Source: Orbicella franksi (taxonomy: Eukaryota). Taken from it: a stretch of 64,000 nt of DNA. Under the pieces are notes generated by a model. The model was not told the DNA's origin. It saw only the letters and a list, made by a program, of their open reading frames with translations, and made no database searches. Where the stretch lies: positions 13,764,001-13,828,000 of the forward strand of contig OZ116700.1 in the NCBI GenBank assembly GCA_964199315.1, written 5' to 3'. This document shows positions 16,501 through 30,100 of this stretch, in pieces. The position numbers and the translations under genes were made by a program. The number at the start of each line of letters is the position of its first letter. The first letter of the stretch is position 1.

Positions 16501-19500
16501 TCATGGCATATGGGATACTGAGATCAGATAAAATGGGATTATTTGACTTCAAAAATTAATTTTTGCAACTGTAATTATTATCGGGATATGGAATACTTAG
16601 GCCAAAAGTTAGTGGGATGTGGGATACTCAGACCTTCCCCTCCCCCAAGGGGGGTGTCCTGACTAGATGGCAAAAGCAGACTTTGAAGCTTGATACATAT
16701 ATAAGAGATTCACTTGATCCTGAGTTTGGAGATCAATAAAACACCAGTTCTCTTTTCTACAGTCTGGTCTCACAGCGGCTTCTCTTTGTTGTACATTTCA
16801 TGCATTTTACAATAGGTTGCCAAAGTCCCTGTTTTTTGAATGTTATAAACTTCAAGCTGTGATTGACTGATGGCAGGTGAATGGAAATGCATGACGAACC
16901 TAAAGAGCATTAATATTTTGTATATCAAGCTAATTAGAAAGTGGGAAGTGATGTACATTGCATGTTGGCAAAACCACATGAAAAGAGAAAAATGCAAGCT
17001 TTCTGCACAGTGTGTGTATCTTTTTTTTTTTTTGGGACCAGATATTAAGATCATAATAATTTATAATGATGTTCTCATTATTTAAATGTAATTTGTTTTC
17101 TTTGCAGAGAAACATAGTTCATCGAGACTTAAAACTTGGAAATATTGTGCTGAATAGAAGGTAACAAACAAAACGTTCCCACTACCGCCCAAATAAGTTC
17201 TTACTACCTTGAATAATTAATTTCAAATTCAATTATTGCTCAATGATTTTACCTCTTAAAGTACCTGGTTGTTCTTTGAATTGTCTCAAAATGTTCCTTT
17301 AAAAACTTCACGTACCCGTTGGGCAAGCAAAGGACAGAATTGACTAGTCCAAATGCAAAATCTACTAGCCCAGGCTATTGGACATGACTGCATTTCCATG
17401 CTGCGAAATAGGAATGGAAAAAAGTCAGGTACATGGAATACCCGTTAGAAAAGTGAAGGAAAACCTGGGTGGATAGAGGGACATTCTCAGACTACTGAAC
17501 ACAATATAACTCAAAGAATGAGCAGCAGGCTAAAACTCAGACCTTTGATCCAAACTCCAGGGTAGCAGCTATAAGGCAACTCCACCTATCACTCTGACTT
17601 CTGATTACAGCAAGGAATGGGGGGGGGGTTAAAACTGCAGGACTATTCCTTTTTTTTGTTTGCCCAACTTCCCACGTCTCTAGCAATAGTTCAGAGAATA
17701 ATCGAGAACGTTGTGGTACATGAACACCACATTGTAGCTTCCATCCTGCTTGACAAGATGTCCATATATATGTGTAGTGTTTCAATAAAGTGAAAAAATA
17801 TAAATATTCACCACACTTGAGAACAACACTGGATAAACTAGAAATATTTTCTACTTATATTTACTAGGGTTTTTTTGTAAATGTTCTCTTCAGCACAAAA
17901 AGAATAACAATAACAAATTTTTGCCTGGGGAAACACTTGATACGAGACAACGATTTGTTGAAAGACCAGAGAGGCAGTCCAGCTTATATTAGTCCAGATG
18001 TCTTAAGTGGTGAGTGATACAACTTTGACCTCCTAAATATTAGTACTATTTGACTATAATAAATGCTCCAGTCCATAGGATCATTAATTGATAAGTATCT
18101 TTTGAAAACCCCAGCAGAGTCATGTGCACCTCAGCCATAAAGTGGACCAATTTTTGATTGCTTTCATTTTAGTCAACAAGATTTTGAGAGGAGCATGCAT
18201 TCACCTGAATAAGCTAATGTATTACTGCTCTCATATATATATGGGAACAGTGAGCAGTTTTAGTCTTCATATGATTTTGAACACTTTGCTTTGTGGGTCT
18301 GAAATAGCATGTGATTTTTGTTTTGGGTCTATAGATTGGGAAAGAGTAATCAAAGACATAAAATTGCTCTCTGTTTTGCTTTAGCTCTGCTTACCTTCTT
18401 GGGGAAAAACTGAGATCCACAGACCAAGACCCACCCAGCTATCCTGCCCCAAAAACATACAAGGAGCACTGTACCTCTCCAAGAGTAATCCTAGGTTAAA
18501 GTTATCTGCATGCAAAAATCTGCATGGTATGGCTGGTTTCTGAAAATAATTCTTGTTAGAAATTTACATTGTTAGTAGATTAGATTTTTAGAAAGTGCGT
18601 AGTAACTGTTGGTTTTGTATAACATAAATTATAATATTATTCCTTTACTATTTTCTTCTTTGTTCTGCAGGGGCTCCATACTCGGGGAAAGCAAGTGACA
18701 TGTGGGCGCTTGGTGTTGTCCTGTACACCATGTTGTATGGTCAGTTCCCTTTCTATGACAGCATACCTCATGAACTGTTCAGAAAGATCAAAACTGCAGA
18801 GTTTGTGCTGCCAAAGTAAGTTATGCAGCTGGTTGAAATTCTTATGAGATACCATTTAATGAATACAGGTGCCCCACAGTTGTTCAAAGGATGAATAGCA
18901 CCATCCATCAGATAAATCATTAACCAGTGGATAGCCTGGTTTATTTTGTCAATGCTTATCCACTTAATAGCAATTTATCCCCTGGGTATTGTTATACCTC
19001 CTTTGAACAACCAGGCCCTAAACTCTACATTAACGAGCTGTTCAAATATGATGTGCAGCCTCTGCTTTTATAAATACGGTGCGAAGGAGTTTGGGCCAAT
19101 AAAAATGTGTTCAACTAAGACTTTTTTTCCAATTTTCTTTCAATGGTAGTGGGTTTTTTTTCTGAAAATTTAGTTAAGGAGGTGTGGACACAATTAACTT
19201 GATGACCCTTCATGTGCACTGTGGATGTGTAATTAATATTTTCTCACTGACTTTCCTTTTTCTCACCAAGTGTTCTGCGTGTCAGAATCCAGGGGTCCTG
19301 GTTTTGAGTTTCGCTCTGACCTTTACCTGAATTTGTTTGAGGGTAGCCCTGAGTTCAAATCCTGACAGCCATGCTTGTTCATAGCCAACTAGTTGTCCTC
19401 CGGCCAGTTGAGATTCTTAACAATGCTATGTTCAATTTGAATTATTTGTTTCAGTTGTTTGCTCGGCCCCACTAGCCTTTGTGCTATAAACACTGCAGAG

Positions 19501-21020
19501 GGTAAATTAAAGGTTATTTATTTTATTATTACTATTTATTATACAGTGATGGTCGCGTGTCTGATAATACCAAGTCACTGATTGGACTGCTACTGATGTT
19601 GGATCCTCAGAAGAGACTCACAGCATCTGGTGTGCTTGATTTCCTGAGAAATACCATGACGGCATGGTGAGTGGGAGAACCATTTCTACATAACTTTCAT
19701 GCAATTCAAGTTTTCCTCTACGATTAAGGTGTAGGTAAACTTTTGGATTCTTTGGGGAAGATTAATGGGAAAGAAACTTTGTTTCCAGTGCGATATCCCA
19801 ACCCCAAACTCGACCAAACCCAACTGCCCCTACCCAGGGTTCACACGCACCTGGCAAGTCCTGGAATTTGAAGAACTTGAATGTCCGTCAAAAGTACGTT
19901 GGGTCCTTGGAAAACCTTAAAATTTGCAGGGGTCTTGAAATTTGCTGGGGTTTTTTTCTCTGACTCTTTCAGTTGCCTAACAAGGCAAAAAAAACGTGTC
20001 TGCGTGCATTTCCTTCAAAAAGGAAAAAATCTTAGTTAGCTCTTTGCTAATGTCGGTCAAGAGCTCAAGGAAAAGATTGCCCGTGCAGTGGAAGAACACA
20101 TTTGGCAGGTATCCCTTACTGGATAGAGTCCTTGAGAAGTTCTTGAAGTATTAAAAAAGAATACAAACCCTGTCTACCCCAGCCACCCAACATAGTGTTT
20201 CTATAAAATTATTTTTTTTGATATGTATTCTCTCTTTTCAATTATTGAATAAAGTTGTATATTGTTAATATTTAACTTTATATATTTACAATTCTCCTAG
20301 TGTAGTTTTTTTACACTGTTTTAGGAGTAACTTGATAAAAAATAAGGCTTGTCTTGAACTGTGCCATAATATTTCAAGTCATTTTGCTTATGCGCAATTG
20401 TTTTCTAAGTTGAGAAAAACCTTAAAATAATACTGTTACTCTAAAGTAGTAACAATACACTGAAAATAAACGGACTTGGTTGTAGGTCCGATTACCAGCC
20501 GCTGTTGGTGAAAATGAGCCCGTCCCCCCCCCCCCCCCTCCGTTTCCCTCCTTCTCCTCCTCCTCCTCCTCTTCCTCTTCCTCCTTCTCAAACTCGCTCT
20601 TTTCAGAGAGGACCTTCCGGACTGGACCCGAAAAGGCGGAAGTCGAGCGTAACATGGTTACGACTGAGATATATTAAGGAAGTCGTTTTTCAAGATGTGT
20701 CGTCCTTAACAATTTTATTTTTCCTTATGGGTAGGTATTTGTCGAATACAATGAGCGAACCCGCCCAAGTAGTTCCTGATATCGATGAAGGCTCTTCAGG
20801 AGACACCAAGGATGGATTTGACAGTTCGTCGAGGTTAAGGCAACCAGAGCTTGAACTCCGTTTGACTAAATACCGTGACAATGTCAACAATAAGGAGCCG
20901 AGAGTCACACTCACGAGAGAAAGTCTCACACAGCCGCCAATACGACGGATCTCCGAAGATGCCCGACCGTTGACGGCGGCTGAAATTCTTGCTCATCGTC
21001 ACTTACTTAACGTTACGTAA
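13544..21020 (+). CDS. STK40: Serine/threonine-protein kinase 40 (Tribbles-related pseudokinase), 6 coding exons, 458 aa
   Basis: Exons 13544-14200, 17108-17160, 17894-18009, 18671-18815, 19547-19666, 20735-21020 are phase-consistent (1377 nt). Motifs KRAGPYLLGPRLGNSPV, HTEYSLLSLL, HRDLKLGN, ITNFCLGKHL (NFC for DFG), DQRGSPAYISPDVLSG, DMWALGVVLYTMLYGQFPFYD, QVVPDID. Confidence 0.96.
18871..19018. mobile_element. Short palindromic MITE; a partial second copy lies at about 59660-59775
   Basis: Ends cagttgttcaaagg / cctttgaacaacca are inverted. Internal ggatag/ctatcc motifs are shared with 59660-59775. Confidence 0.6.
19270..19542 (+). mobile_element. tRNA-derived SINE-like element with (TTA)-rich tail in STK40 intron 4
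   Basis: Degenerate Pol III B-box-like segments (gagttcaaatcc), a body resembling a recalled cnidarian SINE, and tail aaaggttatttattttattattactatttatt. Family assignment is from memory. Confidence 0.6.
19835..20172. mobile_element. Degenerate MITE with short cagggtt...aaccctg ends
   Basis: Terminal inverted heptamers and repeated internal gtcctNgaa/tcttgaa motifs. No clean TSD. Confidence 0.45.
20485..20648. repeat. Decayed relative of the 341-415 element, with a poly-C and (CTC)n expansion
   Basis: Begins ggtccgattaccagccgct and ends ggcggaagtcgagc, with a long C run and CTC microsatellite between. Confidence 0.55.
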
Positions 21021-22100
21021 AACGCAAAGCCTAGAAAATGTTAAGAAGGGAGAAGCTTATTCCAACACAAATCTCAGTTCTGTTTATCTAGAGCGAGTCG
21101 GAAATACGTTGTGCATTAGCTTTAGTTTTGCTTCTCTTTAGGTCTGTGATTCGTTGATAAAAATTCGGGCAATTTTCTTTTAACCTATCACAGCGGACAT
21201 GCTTTTATTCAACAAATCAGAAGCATGGCCCACACCAATCGTGATTGGCTGATGCGCTTTCTCCCGCACTTGGTCTCGCATACATGTTTGTGCATTGAAT
21301 TCTAATTTGTTTGTTTCATTCATATTTGCGTTATTGCTATTGGCGAGATGTGATCAGAGTACTTTGCTTGTGATGTTAAGATGGTCATCAGCTACAGCAC
21401 TCTGTGAACTAAGCAAGTTATTTTGCATCGTTTACCGCTTACATTGCGGACCCATTCATCGTTATTCTGCGTTTTTTCCTCTGCATACATCGTTATCGTA
21501 AGCATTCGGTACTCAAATCAATCTAAAAGCAGCTTCTTGCAATACTAAAGTTTCACATGGTATGTTGCGACGATGAACCATTAGGTCTACAACAGAATTT
21601 TTCATACAGATTTTCGTACATCGACTACAATTCTTCTTGGAATAATTTGTTTTGTTTTTTTAAGCCATGGAGGAAGGGCCAAGGGTTAGAGAGGGATTGG
21701 GAACGCCTCTCAAGAGGGGTTTTTTCACATCCGGTTTACGCTATTAGTACTCGTGTTTAAAATGGCCGCTGAAGGACGGAATGCAACAAGAGTTTCAGTA
21801 AAGACAGATGTACGAAACAGGACCTTTCTGGGCTTATTAGCTATTCAATTCTGTGAATTGGTTTACTACATGTGGGTTGTAAATAGGGGTTGGAAATTCT
21901 ATTGTATTAGGAGATGTTGAAGGCATGAAAAGAAATTATATATATACATATATTTGTGGCAATTTCCTGTCTGGTGACCGGAGTCGAGAGTAGGAAATTT
22001 TGAATAGATATCAAATTATCGGGAAAGTTGACAGGTCAATAAAATATTTATTCCATTGCTGACCGAATTGATTATTGTGTCCTTGAGTTACCTCCCTTAT

Positions 22101-22210
22101 CGCAGGCACCTCTGGAGTAAAATGCCTTACCCAATGACACGACACAATAAGCTGGGCAGGGCTTCAAGAAAGACCCCTCGATTCGGAGTTAGCCGTAATG
22201 CCATCACGCC
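22101..22210 (-). mobile_element. Degenerate tRNA-derived SINE 5' fragment
   Basis: Minus strand ggcgtgatggcattacggctaactccgaatcgagggg...ttattgtgtcgtgtcattgggtaaggcattttactcc resembles a recalled SINE head and core. Confidence 0.5.
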
Positions 22211-22233
22211 TCTCATTCCATTCTTGTTACAAG

Positions 22234-22582
22234 ATCCCTTGCCACGTCCCCAGGCGTCCCTCCTTGATTTGAGGGCGGTGCACCATGTTACCAGGGACGA
22301 AGCAAACAAGATCCCCTTGCTTTTCGAAACAAAGGACTGCATAACTGTATGCTCCTAACTTCACTTTCAGATTGGATGCTTAACCCTGTGATTGAAGTTG
22401 CACAAAATTGTCAGAACGGACGAAACCATGTATATACATAAAAAAAACAGGCGATTTGGAGGCATTGGCTTGGGGAACGATTTTCAGATATTTACGTTGT
22501 CCAGCCTTCCTCCTCACTAACTGAAGCCTTCCTCAACGCCGGGTTTGTAACGATCGAGTTCCCAAGGGCGCCTGTGGTCTAG
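22234..22582 (+). other. Candidate orphan two-exon coding 3' end of unknown product
   Basis: GC-rich blocks 22234-22346 and 22451-22582 join in frame across a 104-nt GT-AG intron. No upstream exon identified, and the second acceptor lacks a pyrimidine tract. Confidence 0.3.
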
Positions 22583-25500
22583 ATTATTTCTACGCAAATA
22601 TGTAAAGTCGGGGGTATTTCTGTGGAAATATTAATAAAATAATGCAGGAATAAGAACGAAAATTAAATTATTTTTTTTGTTGTTCACTAATACCAGTGGC
22701 TGTGCGATTATGTGTTGTTTAAAAACCGTAATGTATATGATTAAGTTCGCCTGGAAATTTTGTTTCTCTTTTAATTTTCACAAGAGCTGAGAAGTCTAAC
22801 AAGAAAGGATGGTCTACTTTGAAAACTAACCGGCTAATATTTTGAGAAAAAAATTCAATGTTCTCAAAACAAATAACGTAATAATACCCAGTTGTCAAGA
22901 ATAATTTTATTGCATCATCTAAAATTTTATACAATACGAAAAGACCGACTGGTGTTCTATAGTATCTGTAACAGCAGACAAGATCAGCCTCTAGCCTGAC
23001 TCATGTCGAGATTCGTAATTTACATTTCTAGTGATAATCACTTTTCTATAAACAAATAAAAAGTACAATATATCAACGTGACCAATACAGATTTTGACCG
23101 GTACTTATCTAGCCGGTATAAACTGCAGCACTCTGCTTTACAAGGATTTCAACCGCTGACAAATCGTTACTTGCAAACGCTAGCACATAAAATGAAAAGG
23201 GTTTTGCCTGTGTTGGCTATCTGTAAAACCACATACTCGGATGTAGATCGCAATAGCGGAAAATAAACTTTATTGAGAAACATTTCGCCTATCCGTATTT
23301 ATTAAACGACTAGCGATATCTGATTTATTATAGATACGTATTGTATATATGAAATTTGGCGGCCCTCGTGAACTCCACATCTCCAAGCAACTCACCACGT
23401 GTTGTTTCGTTTTCTTTGTGAAATAATGGCATTGTCGATGATGTTATTTTCCTCAGTGCGTTGCAACGGTCAACATTTGCTGCAACGATCTTTCAAATGT
23501 ATTTATCATTGGAAATGAAACAATAAAAAGTTATTATTTAAGTGAGTAATTCTCAACGCTCATCTAGCGCGGCTGATAAAATTGTACTTGATTTTAAGAA
23601 GACTGAGGGCACAACACTGGATGCTAAAAACCAAGACTCTCCATTGAAAATTGCAAATAATTGATATCGCAACTAAAGCTATACCAGTTTCCTAGTATCG
23701 TAAATGATGATACACCAGAAGAAGATCATTTCATTTAGTTATGTCTTTTTATCCCAAATTATTACTCAAAAATAACATAAACAAAAGTAATGTACGGGCT
23801 AAATGTTTTATCTTCAAATTCAAAATCCCATACTGGTGTTTTGTTTAGAATGATCTACAGTGTACCTCAGCAGGGTGTGTTTGATGCAGTAAGATCTATG
23901 CTATAAATAACTTTGAATTTTCTAGTGTAATACACTTGTTTTCGTTCTTTTTGGCTGTCTTAATTTTTCTTTGCGGAATTCCCTCTGTTAGTGTCACTAA
24001 TAGCCATGCCCTCCACAAAGGAAGGCGGCTGTTAGGATGTTATTAGAATGCTATTGAATTAACTGAACAAAGATCTTACTCATTTCGGAGAGAAACTGTT
24101 ACAATATTCCATTTCTTTAGCTCACATAAAATACCAAAGTACTTGAAAAAATACATGTAGGTTTTATTTCTGCATAAACGTCGAGCTATTCCTAATACAA
24201 TATTGCATATTTATGCAGTTCACAAATAATGTTAAATAACAAATAATAACTTATAATGTGAGGATAAAAACAACAAAAAAAGACCATATTTACGCCATGT
24301 ACACAGCATGTAACCAGCCCATTAAAATGTTTGAAATAAGTAGAAACAGATGGTTATAAAATTATGACATTCTGGTCGCAGTTTTCGGAAAGTGTTTTAC
24401 CAGCGTTGGTATTCGATGCACTCAGATTAATAAAAGACGTCTCCTGAAATACGACTGACCTTGCCATACTGAGCAGAGAACAGTTGTTCAAGACTGCGAC
24501 GAGAAGACAAAACTCAGGTAAATTTCTAATGTGATTCTTTCAGCTTTCATAAAGAGACCCCTGAATGGAAGGAATAAGATAAACAAGTGTATTTAACGTT
24601 CCGCCTAACACGACATTGCAACTACTAGTAAGTTAACTACAGAAACAAAGAAACAGTATTTCGACTGCGCAGCGGAGTGAATTTTCCAGATGTAAATGTT
24701 GAAGAATTTGTCCTCGTGTACCGTTGCTAGGAAACAAAATCCGAATATATGAGCTAAGATATGGGTGAAAAATGGATTCAGCCAGTATTTGGTTCTTTTT
24801 TTTCTAAACCTTTGATGCTAGTTTCAAAGTCACAAATTCTCCTAAGCTAAACAAAATGTATCCTCAACGGTCACTTGTGAAGATGTATGTTAAAACATTC
24901 GAAACGTCAAGGGAAAATGTATCAATTTTGTTTTCAACATTGCGTTTTATTGTCATGTTTTTCACCGCAGTTTGCGTGTTATTTCTTGTTAAGCTACGAC
25001 GGCCAAAGAAAAAGAGTAGCAACAAAATGTAGATCGCTTGAAAAGTCTTCTGCCGAGATTTTGTCAGTTCTGTCACACTGTTTTCAACACCGGCTCGATA
25101 CGAGAGTCTTTTAGAACATTAATCAAGTTGAGGGGAGGGGAGGGGTGAGAAAAAAGTGTCGTTGCACTATGTGTTGGTTAGTGTTACATTAGAATCCCAC
25201 TTGATAATTACTATGAGCCTGCGATGAAAGAAGATGCTGTTGCTAAGTAACAAGTAGATGACAAGTAGTGGTAAGTGTGCTTAATTAAATAAACTGGACC
25301 ATAATTTTTTGGCTGAATTGATCACCTTAAAGTGCTTTTCTAAAAGAAAAGAGAGAAACACCTGAAGAGAATCTGGAAATAAATGCCAAAACCCTTATTA
25401 CGCTAAAGGCGTAAATAGCCAATCAGAGCTTGCGGCAAATATCTTTTAATCCGTCGTTCAAGCCTGGACAGGAAAAGTCGCGAGAGATGAAGAAACGGTA

Positions 25501-27194
25501 TTTTTCTTTAGTTTTTGATGAGTCCAGTAACAAAGGAAGCTATGCGAAAACGAGCACGAAAAGAAACAATCCAAGTACATCCTTGACAATACATTGATTA
25601 GTAAGAAGTTATTACATGCTGTCAATTACTGCAGTTGAATAGGTTCGGAAGAAGAGTTCATTGAGATTATGCGTTGTTCGGGGTAGTCTATTACCTTAAA
25701 GCCATAATGTTCGTTTACAAGGCAAGAGATTTTGTCATCAAAATCTTACTCGTTAGAGGCGGTTGAGGAACTTTAGGAACTCGTACTTTGTCTATTACAG
25801 AATTTTTCTTCACTATTCCGACTGCCATTAATGGCACTAACCAAGTTGAAGCATTGTCTAACAAAAAGAAGGAAGAGGAAAGCTGAGGTCGAAGATAACG
25901 AACCGTGAAATCGAAATTCTAAGATTTGACGAGAAATCGTTTTGCAATACATAGTTTCGCGTAATTTTCCATGGAAGTTTAATTTTTAAAAAGGGCCACT
26001 TCAAGTGGGCAGGAGACAAAATATGGCTGTACACTTCGGAAACTAAGCTGAAATTTCTTTTTTGAACATAACTTGATCAGTTTTCCCTACAGGAGTCGAA
26101 AGCGTCCTATTTGACTTCACTTTCTTGCAGTGAGAGACCGGAGGTCGAAAAACAAACACGGATCTAAATCGCGTCGGAGAGCTTTCGATCGGCAATCTAA
26201 ATTAAAGGTAAAAACGCACTTCAAAACAAAAGAACACAATCTTCGTGACTTATGACGGACTTTTCACGTCAAGCAGCAGTCAATTTTAATAATTGCTCCA
26301 AAATGAATGTTGATGCTACGAACTGACAGTATGGTCACTTGTTGACGTTTAATTAAAAGTCCATGTATAGGAAAGAAAATTACCTACGCTAATATTGACA
26401 GGAAAAACGAACGCACAAAGAAAAAAGCTACTAAGATTAACATCAACAATTCTCCATCTTCGATTACATTGACTTTGCCCACGAAACAACTTAGGTTTAT
26501 TCGCTTACCGCGGATTAATCGTTCCCACTGCCATTGAGTTTTTATCTTCAGTCAACAAGCGTTTTCCTCTCACGAAACAGTAAGTAACCAAAGTATTGAT
26601 TTTCCACGATTCTGAAAGATCTTTTGTTTGTTTTTACGGGCGTCATCTGGCGATGTTTTTTTAGTCCGTTTTCTTTGAGGCTACGGAACTTTAAGGTTCG
26701 GTTGCACTTATTTGAGATGATTACTCCACTTTACTCTTTACATTCTTTTGCTAATTTCATTCAATTATCAAACGCCGGACGGCTCTTCGTTAAGCCACTT
26801 TTCAATAATGATCTATGGTCCAAAAACTTATTCTTGACTAAACAATCTATACTTTGAGCGCGCATTTAATTCGTTAGCTTTTTGATGCTTTCATTAGAAA
26901 TTCTTTTCTTTTTTTTCTGTCCTTTGTTTTCATTAAGGTTCAGTCGAGAACTTTTGTTGATTAAAATTCTGACGCGGGGTTCATACATTGTCTACATTGT
27001 CGAGACAGGTGGTGCGGTGAACGCAGGTTTCAACAAAACCCCCGCGGCAACAGCGCATATTGGCAGACAACTCAGGGATTCTAAACTCTGCTTGACAATT
27101 TCTCTACATTATCTTTCCTTGTTCACGCAGGATAACTTAATTTCAGCGGATCCTGACATCAGCGATTTGATTGGGACTTCTTCATGGCACTGAA

Positions 27195-30100
27195 ATGGCT
27201 CGTGAGTTATTGTATGACAAAGTTGTTTTGAAATTGGTAAGTGAAAATAATTTACGTACAGTTACTTGCGAGACTGTGTTTGAAAGCTAAACATGAATGG
27301 GCAGTGATTGCATTAGGTGAAAAAGTTTACATGTTCTCATCTTCTACATTTCAGGTCTTTGCACTCCTTCTGGGAATATTTTGTGGCCATTCTGAGGGTA
27401 AATTCTACTGTAGTTTTTGACCGAGTTTGAACAACAATTCTATTCACATCAACGCACTTTGTTTACACTTTTGTACTTTACAATTCTCTTTCTAAAATTT
27501 TGGTTAATCTTTCTGAGGGATTAAGAAAATGTGAAACAAGTCTCAGAGACTGAGTTCATCAAATAACCAAAACTTTAAATAGCCGTTCGAGGGCTGGGCT
27601 CGACAAAAATTTGTTAATGGTATCTTGGTTCACGGACAAAGAAATGTGGCCTCAAACAAATATTAGCACAAGGGTTGAAAGGTATCTCTTATTGATAGGT
27701 AATTGTTCCTTTTCTTCACGAGTGTTAATGTAAAAATCTCAAAATTCCCTAAACGGCCCAAATATCCATTGCAGCTTCTTATGAAAATTATGCTTGGCGA
27801 CCGCCGTTGCTTTCAAGGTGTTAAACCATTAAATTTACACTGCATTTCGAGGTCTGCCGCTTATTATCGCGTATGAAAACGTTTAATTTGAACGGAGAAG
27901 AAAAACCGTCCCGATTAATCTCGTTTGCTTATGATTTAACCGCCGAAGGCAAAGATTGAATTAAGGGAAAAGTCGCTGAGAATGTTTTTGAAGTTCTGGC
28001 GGTCTCAAGGGTAGTCCGACCTCCTTGGGCTAAATTATTTTTTTTTCTGTAATTTTGCAAAAAAATTCTTGTTTTTCATTGAAAGGCGGAGAACTTTGCA
28101 CTACGTTGGAAAACCATCCAGCTGCGAAATTTCGAGTTCGTTTGTTGTAGCCAATGAGCTTGCAGTTAAACTAAGTGGAAAACCACAAGACGAATTCATC
28201 AGTGTCTCAGATATGTTTCAATTTAGTGTTTGCTTTTCTCTTTGTTCATCTAGGATCTGCTCCAAATCTAATCATATCGTTTAATAAAGGCTGTCTCTTT
28301 GGATAATTCTAGGAATTAACAGCACTATACGAGGAAGTTGCAGTGATCTGCTTCCTGAGAGTTTTTTTAATTTGCTTCCTACGAATTTGAAATTTTGCAA
28401 ATAGTGAGATGTTTTGAGTGTAGTCGGCACTTCAAAAATAAACGTAAATTGAACTCAAAAAATTTTAAATACACTCACTTAAATCAGGCAAATGGTCACC
28501 ATCAAGTGATTTAAAATTGGTACATGTACTTTTTTAAGTGATAAATACAAATTTTTGAATTGGCATAAATTCCAAGAGGAATATTATCAAATCTTCCCTG
28601 CTTTGAAAATCCTTCCGAACTTGACGACCGAAATTTTGAAATTGTATTTCAACTTTTTTATCAAGTGGCTTGACATAGTCTAAAGCAACTTCTCAGCCAA
28701 AGTGTCGGTGAATACCCATTGATAATTACCTCGATATTGGAGCTCGGTAATATCCTGCGATATTCACCTCCACTACGAGGAATAATCTTGAATTGTCGCT
28801 CTCTCTGCTTTATTTCAAGAGGGTTACTCAAAAAATAATTAGATTAGTGCTGTTTAGTCTAGTTTTCCCTGGTTCATTTTAAACATTTACAAGAGCAGCA
28901 CAGTTTAAAGGCTTAAACATCTTCAAGGTTCCTTGTGAAGAATTGTTTTGTGTCTGAGATCGCTTAAATTTCAAGGAACTCTTGGCTCCTTACATACCAA
29001 AGACAATCTCGAAACAAGTTTGTTTAAACTAAGAAAAACAAAACAGATCAAGTTTTCTCTTCCTACAATTATCATTCACGAGAGCAGGAAAGTCTAAATA
29101 CAGAAAACAACTCATCAATTCACCTTGATATTTACTTTTGGAACAGTAACAGTGAATATAATACCACTACCTAAAATTCTTTTAATGTTCTTCTGGGATT
29201 CTGTATTATCAATCTTTAAAAATTGGCTTCTGTTGTCTTTTGTTCGTTTGATTGGTAAGACTCCACAAAATGACGTCATCCCTTTCAAAACAAAATGTTT
29301 TCTGTCAAAATGTCTCACTGTTTTACCTGTAAAATTGGCATCGAGACACAACAATAATCAAGGTTTTCTCCTCAAGAGCCGGTACATGGATCGGAGTTTG
29401 CAGAGTTTTCATTTGAGGGCACCAAAAAGCTGACTTACAGAAACACTTCCGCCAAATAGAGTTTTTCGAATAACGCAGATTGATCAGTGGTTGTCACTGG
29501 TCTCGAGCAGTCGAATAATAAATTAGATTTTATGTCAACTACAAGATAGATAGGAAGATCGCGTGATAATGTCTCAGTAGAAATATCCTTCTTAAATATC
29601 GTTTTTAGTAGAAAATGCTTGATATATAAACGGACAACATCAGTTCCTACAGACAGTTTAAAAACCCAGTTAATAAAACGTCTAATGACAGAAGAAGGGA
29701 GCGAAATCGCGCGTTTCGTGAACGGGTGAATAGATTTAGGCAAGGATAACCTCACAAGACAGAAGCACAGATCACTGTACACCTTTGATGTTAGATTAAT
29801 GTCTTCAGGTTGCCAAGCAAAATCGAATTAACACCGGCTCAATGAATCAAATTATATCGGTGGAATTTCAAAAGGAAAGTTCTAATCAAGTTATAATGTA
29901 ATTTATTAATCCACACATAATTCGATTTAGACTAAAATAAAACTTGAAAATTATGTCCTACATGATGAACAGTTTACTTCTCGTTCTTTTTTTCAATTCC
30001 AACTGCTAGGGAGTTTAATTTACCTTTATTAACTTCAAGTTGATACGTAGCTAAGTGTTTCACTTGCTCAACAACGCAGGCCAACAATTTCTTTAGAAGA

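Noticed and set aside
20422-20734. Poly-Glu/Gly and poly-Pro ORFs
   Set aside because: Translations of a poly-C/(CTC)n tract in an intron; the real STK40 exon starts at 20735.
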